Shown here: positions 57,001-64,000 of the stretch, in pieces
How positions within the stretch are numbered: the first letter of the stretch is position 1
Layout of the letters: the number at the start of each line of letters is the position of its first letter
Source: a virus
Lineage: Duplodnaviria > Caudoviricetes
Length of the DNA stretch: 64,000 nucleotides
Virus record (IMG/VR): IMGVR_UViG_3300020432_000004
Direction: 5' to 3' (one strand)
The notes under the pieces: model-generated
Seen by the model: the letters and a program-made list of their open reading frames with translations, nothing else
The model's database searches: none
Told to the model about the DNA's origin: nothing
Position numbers and translations under genes: made by a program

Positions 57001-58268
57001 CAACTGTTCAAGATGCTTTCCCAAGTAGCACACCAACATACACAACATCACAAAGAAGAGTAACAGTACAACATTCACATCATGGTATGCATGATACTGA
57101 TAACAATGTTGTTATTGAGGGTGTTAAATCTGAAGTATCACCAACATACTTGACATCATCTATATCTGATTCAGATACAACTATACAAGTTAATGATGCT
57201 ACTGCGTTCCACACTGTTATTAATGGTGCAAACGTAGGTTCTCTAAACTTAGGTTATATTAAGATTGAAGATGAGATTATGTCTTACACAGGAATTAGTG
57301 GAACTGGTAAAACTATTACTATTAATGAAAGAGGATTAGCAGGAACTACTGCTGTAAGTCACGCTGATGAAACAGATGTAGAATGCTATAACTTAGATGG
57401 TATTCCTCTAATTGAAATTAATAAGACTCATAATAATATTATGAATCCTACCTTAGATAGTTACGATCTTGCAACTTCATCTATTGCTAGGTTGGGTATT
57501 AGGTCAGGTGATAACCATGTTATTGCATCACAAAATATTCAGTATGAGATCATTTCTCCTCAGATTCAGAGAATGACTCTACCTAAGACACAGATTACTG
57601 CAAGAGTTAACACTATTACAGGTACATCTATTAATGATGGAAATGCATTATCACAAAATTCATTCAGTAATACTGGTGAGTTCTATGATGTAAACCTAGG
57701 TGAGGACAACTACTTTGTTGCTCCACAGTTGATATGTTCTGCTATCAATGAGTCTGCTGAATTAAGTGGTGCCAAGTCATTTAGACTTGACTTAACAATG
57801 TTCAGTGAAATGGATAACGTAACTCCTGTTGTTGATACTGACAGAATGTCTATCACTACAATCAGTAATAGAATCAATGCTCCTAGTGATACTACCACCG
57901 CTACATTACCAGTTGGTGATGAACATAACGGTGTTTATATTACTAAGGTTGCTGATCTAACTAATCCATCATCCTCTATTAAATTAATGTTTGCGGGTTA
58001 TCGTCCATCTAACACTCACATTAAACCTCTATATAGAGTATTACCCTCTGGATCTACTGATCCAATCGAAAGTTTAGGATGGCAGTATTTTGATACTCAA
58101 GATGCTAAGATTCCAGATACTACTGAGGAAGTAGAATTTTTCGATTATGAGTATGAAGTCACTGGTTTAGACTTCTCACAATATCAAATTAAGATAGTGT
58201 TCGTATCTCCAAACCAAGCATACTCACCAGTCATTAGAGATCTAAGAGCAATCGCCCTTGCTGTATAA
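51039..58268 (+). CDS. VrlC-like (DUF4815-type) large virion structural protein
   Basis: NLNVTPYYDDFD..KNFYRVLFRPG.PIQARELTQ, RYTMRDIG, DPLAQSF. Confidence 0.85.
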   Translation: MAQNTNLNVTPYYDDFDKAKNFYRVLFRPGFPIQARELTQSQSILQNQIENMGTHLFKDGSMVIPGQVGYDLNVDAIMVQESFLGADVESYRNQITGKIITGLTSGVKAKVLYSISSAQSDKGYITLYIKYIESGGEENNQTTFTNNEQLITDTEITFGTTLIEVGSPFAQLLPTAATQVGSVAYVQEGVYFIRGFFVDVPYQYILLDQYGSNPKYRIGLEILESIITPEDDLSLNDNAAGTSNYAAPGSHRFRITTNLVKKLLTDEADKDFIELLRINGNKIEKLVDRSAYDELEKSLATRTYEESGDYVVSDFQINMRENLNDGFNNGVYESGDTTAQGNSAAESMYAIEFGPGTAYVRGYRLKTLSPTYVDLAKPRDTEAAQNTIIPFTLGNYSKIQNLYGFVNTAGSTIGNAYQTVELHDRFTATPGDAVGNLIGYARVASLEFLQDPDSNFGDADDKYNMHLFDVQMFTVLHLASAQTISTGAADQRGTLVVGKSSGARGYLIDNVASATHLNLYQVEGNFQKGEMVTVDGLNLDTITNMHQYVYSDTRQVLARDENTQAVEFTADIILEDLKFVQGATFTYDATSSNEKITGLNSNFAADLRPGDRLYFSETKYVDVDFVDPTNLASSNNSTIFTYSTQVVNVTPGAGSAGPTGGTYNTILRYRAKLWETEKATLLKQMPKPYVKSISDESMVVRRTFDNQTVAANAISITLPENEQFQAITNSAYSFTVMGSTSSAYPVGAQIPIDTVNTGAIGYTTFTSADRTTIQITNLDVTGDAGAITSVKVTASVSKNVTAKKTKSPYNMFVLKVNQTVSNLDKQNYGLTYSGVYGTRIEDVDLSLGITDVFNIHAVYESLDDADPILPSITLVEPTFFETKSIVTGKTSGARARVVDFNSSTLKLSIVYLSGQFISGETVDGFNSSNIAIQGIINDSVGSIVAGSKVITDRYELETGQTGFIYGISKLVRKKGVAKPIRKLKIVLDYYSHAATGDYFAGQSYLDTPYADVPYYQEKFLPDFLDFRPGVKNLFTGTGTVSSPAYVNAATLDFKHRTFPTAGSPAATLFDVPKVNSDFRCDFDWYLPRVDKLYLLPTGEFQVVKGKSEQRPSPPDDLQDGMLLATLLHAPYGFDPASDVVIQKSDNRRYTMRDIGKIEKRLDQVEYYTSLNMLESDTFNVEITDASGKNRLKNGFIVDDFTDHSKSSTTNPDFAAALSYSDGTAQPSHYTTNTALLINESLSQGYRKTGPLITLPYEEIPLITQSYASRVENVNPFNVFTYIGRIDLTPASDDWVDTNRLPVNVIDVEGDFEATSRAMNVDQSGFAPIQWGSWNTNWSGESTGAWSRWREHTFANFVRGRGRRVMGSRTITTTTNQTRRGIRSRVVPRIDRQSMGDRTVSSTSIPWIRSRNIDVTVARMKPRTTFYSFFDGTKIGDYMMPKVLEVIKDPSTDSRTNSTPFVIGETVRGLTSGARFRVSAPNDFFTWNPYDDTDMPSSYSSTTNFINVDTDSLAAQAVGQYYGNIQVGEVLVGTSGARAVVRDRRLMTDRLGQWKGSLFIPPPQISTNPRWQTGSRLLRLTTHPEDARTGGAVASAAQTEYAAKGTLNTLQENVLAIRNADIVQDTVTQDRTVQTTRTETRQVGWWDPLAQSFLVDEEGGVFLTSVDVYFNSKDGNIPISMQIRTMSNGYPTTSILPFSDVTVTPDTIQTSETGAIATKFTFQAPVYIPQSIEHCFVLFSDSNEYQVWISRMGELDITGDRTISEQPYAGVLFKSQNASTWTADQYEDLKFIIYKAVFDTNTVSQLTLNNAPLDLGNGGKIVLRTDPVQTYQPELQLVMNAVNSVLPYTVGARVYQKTTLAQGTVKEVTDSNAGVLLTINDISGTWQAGSSTGGTIINRLVSSKTTATMTVSSASGDFTVGETITGNSAAAPTAEVVSWTDNGGGNGSLTLKYVSTTFTTTTEQISGGTSGKTATVASISYAGDNVSSSTVQDAFPSSTPTYTTSQRRVTVQHSHHGMHDTDNNVVIEGVKSEVSPTYLTSSISDSDTTIQVNDATAFHTVINGANVGSLNLGYIKIEDEIMSYTGISGTGKTITINERGLAGTTAVSHADETDVECYNLDGIPLIEINKTHNNIMNPTLDSYDLATSSIARLGIRSGDNHVIASQNIQYEIISPQIQRMTLPKTQITARVNTITGTSINDGNALSQNSFSNTGEFYDVNLGEDNYFVAPQLICSAINESAELSGAKSFRLDLTMFSEMDNVTPVVDTDRMSITTISNRINAPSDTTTATLPVGDEHNGVYITKVADLTNPSSSIKLMFAGYRPSNTHIKPLYRVLPSGSTDPIESLGWQYFDTQDAKIPDTTEEVEFFDYEYEVTGLDFSQYQIKIVFVSPNQAYSPVIRDLRAIALAV

Positions 58269-58501
58269 TGAAAATCCCGATTAAAGACGGAGAGAAAAGA
58301 CTCGAAGGATGGTACAAGGATGATAGAACTGGAGCAATCCAGTGTTCTGACAAAGCGAAGTATGAACAATACATGAAGCAATATAGAGCAGAACAAAAGA
58401 AAGAACTTGATTTAGCCACTTTACAAAATGATGTTTCTGGTCTAAAATCAGAGTTAGATGAGATTAAATCTCTTCTGTTAACGTTAACAAAACAATCCTG
58501 A
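58268..58501 (+). CDS. small coiled-coil protein
   Basis: TAATG coupling to the VrlC-like gene. Confidence 0.75.
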   Translation: MKIPIKDGEKRLEGWYKDDRTGAIQCSDKAKYEQYMKQYRAEQKKELDLATLQNDVSGLKSELDEIKSLLLTLTKQS

Positions 58502-58503
58502 TT

Positions 58504-58740
58504 ATGGAAAAAATAGGTCAAGACCAAATGTTGTCTCAATTTAAAGAGAGATATACAGGTCTGATAAATGAAAATCAGCAACTTGCTGAAAAAATTAAAC
58601 AAAATGAAGTGCAAGCACTAAAGCTTCAAGGTGCTATCGAAGCATTGGAGTATTACAATCCTCCCGAAGAGACTCCAGAATCACCCCCAGAAATACCTGC
58701 GGATGATATAGCTGATGAGTCTCCTGGTTTAACTGATTAA
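58504..58740 (+). CDS. small coiled-coil protein (KLQGAIEALE)
   Basis: ORF track; terminator follows. Confidence 0.75.
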   Translation: MEKIGQDQMLSQFKERYTGLINENQQLAEKIKQNEVQALKLQGAIEALEYYNPPEETPESPPEIPADDIADESPGLTD

Positions 58741-58749
58741 TGATTTTTT

Positions 58750-58775
58750 AAGGGGGACACGAGTTCCCCTTTTTT
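58750..58775 (+). terminator. Rho-independent terminator
   Basis: AAGGGGGAC-acga-GTTCCCCTT plus T-run. Confidence 0.8.
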
Positions 58776-58782
58776 AGTGACA

Positions 58783-58788
58783 TAAATA
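58783..58788 (+). promoter_or_regulatory. T4-type late promoter (TAAATA)
   Basis: ATAAATA upstream of the tail-fibre ATG. Confidence 0.7.
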
Positions 58789-58827
58789 ACTTGGAAGCAT
58801 GTTCTCATAAGGTTGTCCTAAAATAAA

Positions 58828-61800
58828 ATGGCAAATAGAATACAATTAAGAAGGGGTGGTGCTCAGGAATGGGCAAACGCAAACCCTACTCTTGCTCAAG
58901 GTGAATTGGGTATTGAGTTAGATACTGGTCGATTTAAGATAGGTGATGGTGTATCAGCATGGAATACCTTGCGATATGAAAGACCTGTTGAATCTATATC
59001 TAACACTGCAAACACTCTTGTACAAAGGGATGCTGATGGTAATTTTGCTGCAGGTGTTATAACTGCAACGTTGATTGGTAACGCTTCTACTGCTGCAAGA
59101 CTTTCATCAACTAGACAGATAACTTTATCTGACGACCTAAGTGCTACAGGAACATTTGACGGATCACAAAACTTAAACCTTGCTGCAGAACTTTCTTTAG
59201 TTTCAACACTCCCTCATTATGATGGAACATCTTCTTCATCTGGAACTTATAACAAAGTAACTGTAGACGCAAAAGGTAGAATTACTGCTGCACAAGACTT
59301 TACTACAAGTAACAATGGAACCCTTGCTGATTACGGTCTAGATGGGACTGTAGAGGGTGCTTCTGCTCAACCTTATGATTTAGACCTAGTTGCTGTTGCA
59401 GGTCTTACAACGACTGGTATTATCGCTAGAACTAGTGGTGGTGCTATGTCAACCAGAACCGTTACTGGAACTGCAGGAAAGATACAAATTAATAATGGTG
59501 CAGGTGTAAACGGTAACCCAACAATTAATTTAATTACTACAACTGTAGTACCTGGTGATTATAATACAGAGTCTTTGACATCTGTAAGTGCTGTAGGAAG
59601 TAATAGCGAACCATTTGGAACTGAGACTGTAAACGCAGTTAAGTTTACTGTTGACGAAGATGGTAGATTACAGTCATCTACAAACGTTCCTATTGCAACT
59701 GCTACAGAAGGTAGTAAGTATGGTGCATTTAATGGTGCTACCAATTATGTAAGATATAATATAATTGAAACAGGAGGTAAGGTATATCAAGCAATTCAAG
59801 ATATTAGTTCTGGAGGAGTTGCACCAACTCATGTAGATAGTTCTGATGCTAATGGTTGGAGATATCTCGCTGCTGCTGCAGTAGAACAAAAAGGATTAGC
59901 ATCATTTGCTCAAGAAGATTTTGATGTAGATTCAAATGGTCATGTTACTATTGCTCCTGCAGGTGTAGATAATACACAGATGCAAAATAATAGAATAGGT
60001 TTTGCAGATGGTAATACAGTAGAGAATTTTGAATTAGATCAAGAATTAACTGCAACAACTGGTTATAGAGGATTTAACTATCTTAATTATGTTAAGGTAA
60101 ACAATACTTCTGGTAGTCTATTATTTGGTGCAAACAATACAGGAGATAGTGGAAACGGAGAAGTTGATATTAATGTAAGAACTGTATTCAGTGATCCTGA
60201 TTTCATGTTCGATGGTGCAGGTACACAACAGATTGATAAAACTGGTGATGGTGATTTCAACATAGAACTCACACAAAACACTGCAGTAGATAGAAACCTA
60301 ACTGTATCTTCTACTAACGCAGGTTCTGGAACTAGCACATTAACATTATCTGCAGAAGATGTAGTAGATATTGATGCCACTGCTGCAACTGGAAAGGTAC
60401 ATATAGAAACAATGAGATTCCAAGCAGACCATATTGGTGCTGTTGGAGACATTTTAATTGACCCTAATGACGACAGAGATGTTAGTGGTCTAGTAACAAT
60501 TAGAGGAAACTTACAAGTAGATGGAACGACTACAACAGTTAATTCAACAGTCACAACGTTGGATGATCCAATCATTACTCTTGGCGGTGACACTGCTCCT
60601 GCTAGTGATGATGGTAAGGATAGGGGAGTTGAGTTCAGATATTATGACTCTCAAGCAAGACTTGGATTCTTCGGTTACGACGATTCGTATGCAGATCTCG
60701 GAGGACACTCAGGGGGATTCCGTTTTCTATATGATGCCACAAATATTGGAGAGGTATTTACAGGAACAGATGCAGGGGTCATTGCAGGAAATCTAAAACT
60801 TACAACTAATACTAATTCAACATCTAATACTACAGGAGATTTGGTAGTAGCAGGTGGTGTAGGTATAGGTGATGATGTTAATATTGGTGGAACAGTTGAT
60901 ATTGATACTAACTTAAGAACTCGTGGAACTACTAGATTTGATGACGAGGTAGTTATTCAAGGTGCTTCTAAGAACTTCATTATGAAGAACGGAAGTGGAA
61001 CTGCAAAAATTACTGCAGGATCTACAACTGGTAACATTACTATGGAAGGCATCCTTGCTGTTACAGGCAATGTAGATGTAAACACTGACAAGTTTAATAT
61101 AACAGCATCCTCTGGTAATACTGCTATTGCAGGTACTCTAGTAGTAAGTGATGCAACTACTATAAAGGCAGACAATAAGTTCTTCAAGATTCAAACTGCT
61201 GCAGCTGCAGATAAATTTACAGTTGATACAGACAACGGTAATACAGTTATATCTGGTGAGTTGAATGTTAACTCAGCTGTTGATCTTGATACAACATTAA
61301 ACGTAGATGGTGGTGCTACATTCCAAGACAATGTAACTATCAACGCTGATAACAAGATGTTTAAGATCCAGACAAATGGATCTGTTGATAAGTTTACAGT
61401 AGATAGTGATAATGGTAATACAGTTATTGCAGGTCAGTTAAATGTAAACTCAGCTGTTGATTTAGATAGCACTTTAAATGTTGATAACGCTTCTACATTC
61501 CAACACAATGTAACTATCAATGCTGACAATAAGATGTTCAAGATACAGAACAACTCAAACAGCGATAAGTTTACAGTAGATACTGACAACGGAAATACAA
61601 CTATACAAGGAACCGTTGATATTGTTGGTAACACAACTCTCACAAATAACTTTACAGTTAATGGTTCTCAAACAACTATTGGTAATGCTAATAGCGATGT
61701 TCTAACTGTTAATGCAGACGCAACATTTACAGATGATCTTACAGTAAATGCAACCGTTGACTTTGATTCAACTCTAAATGTTGATGGTCAAGCAACCTTC

Positions 61801-64000
61801 CAAGACAATATCATCTTGAACGCTGACAATAAGATGTTCAAGATACAGACTAATGGTTCTGTAGATAAATTTACAGTTGATTCTGATAATGGTAATACAG
61901 ATATACAAGGAACATTAATAGTACAGGGTCAAACTAGTATTATTGATTCACTTGTAATCAATGCTTCTAATGAGAACTTCTTAATTCAGAATGGTTCTGG
62001 TGTTAATAAGTTTACAGTTGATACAGACAATGGTAATACTAACATTGTTGGAACAATAACTGTTGGAAGTGCATCACAAATTAATTCTACTCTTGGTGTT
62101 ACTGGAGTTACAAGTCTAACAAATGCTGCAGACCAAACAATTACAGGAACATATGGTGCAGATGGTGGTGTAAGAATTAGCGGTGGTGTTGGAATTACTA
62201 AGAGACTTGCTGTAGGATCTGATGCAAGAGTATATGGTAATACCACATTATCAGGAACTGTAGATATTGATAATAATACTGATGTATCTGGTAAGTTTAA
62301 TATTAGTAATACTCAAGATGCCACAAGTTTTGCAGATAATTCTGTAGCATTTACTAATGATGGTGGTGCAAGAATTACTAAGAACACTTACATTGGTGGT
62401 GATCTTGTTGTTTATGACAACACTAACACAAGAGCTGCATTTACTGTTACTAATTTAACAGGAGATGGCGAGTTCCATAATGATCTTACAGTTGGAGGTA
62501 ACTTAATAGTCAATGGAGCAACAACTACTGTCAACAGCACGGTCACAACTCTCGATGACCCTGTTATTACTTTGGGTGGTGACACAGCACCAGTCTCTAA
62601 CGATGCTAAGGATCGTGGTGTTGAGTTCCGTTACTACGACGGCTCTGCTAAAGTTGGGTACTTCGGATTAGATAGATCATCCTTAGAATTTGCATTCTTA
62701 ACAGACGCTACTAATAATTCAGAGATATTTACAGGAACTGACGGTGCATTAAGAGTTGGTTCTATTCATGTTACAGGTGCAGGACAATCTGTTGACATTG
62801 ATTCAAATGCAAACATAGATGGAACTCTAACTGTAGATGGTCAAATTACATCTCAGGTATCATCAGGACCTGCTCTTGTTATTCCAACAACTGATAAGAT
62901 TAATAATCTAAACGCAGACCTATTGGATAGCATGACAACTGCGACTGCAAACACTGCATCTACAGTTGTTAATCGTGACTCATCTGGTGACTTTGCTGCT
63001 AATATTATCACTGTTGCATCTGGAACTGGATCAGGTGCAGGTATTCAAGGTAACGCAATTACTGCTGACGAATGGAAGACTGCTAGAACATTAACAGTTA
63101 ATGGTGTTGTAAACGGAAGTATAAGCATTAATGGTGGTTCAGATATTACACTTACAACAACATTTGATGATCCTGATATAACTGGATTATCTGGAATGAC
63201 TGGTACTGGTTATGTTGTAAGAACTGCTGCTAATACTTTTGCACAAAGAACCTTACAAGTTACAGGAAGCTCAGGTATAACACTTACCAATGCTGATGGT
63301 GTTCAAGGAGACACAACTATTAACGTTGCTTCTACACCTAACAATGCATCTGACAACTTAGTCTTACGTGATGGATCTGGTAACTTCTCTGCAGGAGAAA
63401 TAACTGCAGATCTAAGTGGTAACTTAATTGCTAATTCCAGTACAGCAAAAACAATAATTCCTGTTACTGATTCTGCTTGGAATCTAGGATCTAACTCTGC
63501 TAGATGGTTACACATTTATGGTGATAATATTACTGCAACTGATGCAACTATTACTAATATTAGTGGTGATTTAACTGGTAACTTAGTTGCATCATCTTCC
63601 ACAACTAAAACTATAGTTCCTTCACAGGCTTCTCAATGGTCTATAGGACATACTACTAACAGATACTCATACGTTTATTCAGATAACTTTATTGGAACTA
63701 CAGCACAAGTAGATGTAAATGGTGATCTAACTGGTAATTTAGTTGCATCTTCTAGTACTGCAAAAACAGTAGTTCCTGCTGCTAATTCTACTTGGAATCT
63801 AGGAGCAACTGCAAACAGATGGGCATATGTGTATGCAGATACTTTCACAGGAACTACTGGAAATATTGATCAGGTAAATGGTAATCTAAGTGGTAACTTA
63901 GTTGCATCAAATTCCTCAACTAAAAATATAATTCCTGCTACTGATAGCACTTGGAATATAGGATCTTCCACAAACAGATATGCATACATTTATGGAGATA
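58828..64000 (+). CDS. long tail fibre, 3'-truncated (>1700 aa), Mtd-N/hyaluronidase-type N-terminus
   Basis: Missing from the track (no stop in window); MANRIQLRRG...WANANPTLAQGELGIELDTGRFKIGDG; same frame reads sensibly at the window end; Gly/Thr/Asn-rich repeats. Confidence 0.88.
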   Translation, partial: MANRIQLRRGGAQEWANANPTLAQGELGIELDTGRFKIGDGVSAWNTLRYERPVESISNTANTLVQRDADGNFAAGVITATLIGNASTAARLSSTRQITLSDDLSATGTFDGSQNLNLAAELSLVSTLPHYDGTSSSSGTYNKVTVDAKGRITAAQDFTTSNNGTLADYGLDGTVEGASAQPYDLDLVAVAGLTTTGIIARTSGGAMSTRTVTGTAGKIQINNGAGVNGNPTINLITTTVVPGDYNTESLTSVSAVGSNSEPFGTETVNAVKFTVDEDGRLQSSTNVPIATATEGSKYGAFNGATNYVRYNIIETGGKVYQAIQDISSGGVAPTHVDSSDANGWRYLAAAAVEQKGLASFAQEDFDVDSNGHVTIAPAGVDNTQMQNNRIGFADGNTVENFELDQELTATTGYRGFNYLNYVKVNNTSGSLLFGANNTGDSGNGEVDINVRTVFSDPDFMFDGAGTQQIDKTGDGDFNIELTQNTAVDRNLTVSSTNAGSGTSTLTLSAEDVVDIDATAATGKVHIETMRFQADHIGAVGDILIDPNDDRDVSGLVTIRGNLQVDGTTTTVNSTVTTLDDPIITLGGDTAPASDDGKDRGVEFRYYDSQARLGFFGYDDSYADLGGHSGGFRFLYDATNIGEVFTGTDAGVIAGNLKLTTNTNSTSNTTGDLVVAGGVGIGDDVNIGGTVDIDTNLRTRGTTRFDDEVVIQGASKNFIMKNGSGTAKITAGSTTGNITMEGILAVTGNVDVNTDKFNITASSGNTAIAGTLVVSDATTIKADNKFFKIQTAAAADKFTVDTDNGNTVISGELNVNSAVDLDTTLNVDGGATFQDNVTINADNKMFKIQTNGSVDKFTVDSDNGNTVIAGQLNVNSAVDLDSTLNVDNASTFQHNVTINADNKMFKIQNNSNSDKFTVDTDNGNTTIQGTVDIVGNTTLTNNFTVNGSQTTIGNANSDVLTVNADATFTDDLTVNATVDFDSTLNVDGQATFQDNIILNADNKMFKIQTNGSVDKFTVDSDNGNTDIQGTLIVQGQTSIIDSLVINASNENFLIQNGSGVNKFTVDTDNGNTNIVGTITVGSASQINSTLGVTGVTSLTNAADQTITGTYGADGGVRISGGVGITKRLAVGSDARVYGNTTLSGTVDIDNNTDVSGKFNISNTQDATSFADNSVAFTNDGGARITKNTYIGGDLVVYDNTNTRAAFTVTNLTGDGEFHNDLTVGGNLIVNGATTTVNSTVTTLDDPVITLGGDTAPVSNDAKDRGVEFRYYDGSAKVGYFGLDRSSLEFAFLTDATNNSEIFTGTDGALRVGSIHVTGAGQSVDIDSNANIDGTLTVDGQITSQVSSGPALVIPTTDKINNLNADLLDSMTTATANTASTVVNRDSSGDFAANIITVASGTGSGAGIQGNAITADEWKTARTLTVNGVVNGSISINGGSDITLTTTFDDPDITGLSGMTGTGYVVRTAANTFAQRTLQVTGSSGITLTNADGVQGDTTINVASTPNNASDNLVLRDGSGNFSAGEITADLSGNLIANSSTAKTIIPVTDSAWNLGSNSARWLHIYGDNITATDATITNISGDLTGNLVASSSTTKTIVPSQASQWSIGHTTNRYSYVYSDNFIGTTAQVDVNGDLTGNLVASSSTAKTVVPAANSTWNLGATANRWAYVYADTFTGTTGNIDQVNGNLSGNLVASNSSTKNIIPATDSTWNIGSSTNRYAYIYGD

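Noticed and set aside
17908-63515. Short minus-strand and alternate-frame ORFs in the track that overlap the structural genes
   Set aside because: Shadows of biased codon usage in long genes; no RBS, promoters or recognisable motifs
58828-64000. Diversity-generating retroelement suggested by the Mtd-like N-terminus
   Set aside because: No reverse transcriptase in the window; repeat differences are synonymous rather than adenine-specific; the fibre C-terminus lies outside the window

Overview
AT-rich segment of a T4-like cyanomyovirus genome (marine picocyanobacterial, probably Prochlorococcus-type, host inferred); all credible genes are on the + strand. 1-6.5 kb: DNA-modification block (partial PD-(D/E)XK-like nuclease overlapping an SPPY-type DNA methyltransferase, a second methyltransferase, an SF2 helicase). 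4.9-14.6 kb: early region of ~40 tiny ORFs punctuated by 11 copies of a dyad-plus-(-10) promoter element with near-invariant spacing. 14.8-17.5 kb: small genes (AbrB-like, 2OG-Fe(II) oxygenase, SET domain). 17.5-64 kb: late baseplate/tail module (gp25, gp6, an 8034-aa gp7-like protein, a fibre/connector, a YHYH protein, gp8, a VrlC-like protein, and a tail fibre that runs off the window). Most striking observation: the giant gp7-like protein contains repeated helical domains that resemble phycobiliprotein subunits, with both bilin-attachment Cys positions kept in two copies and kb-scale nested beta-repeat arrays inserted in one loop; the two neighbouring virion proteins carry cupredoxin-like domains with a complete type-1 copper ligand set. 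All homology calls come from motif recognition by eye, not from database searches.
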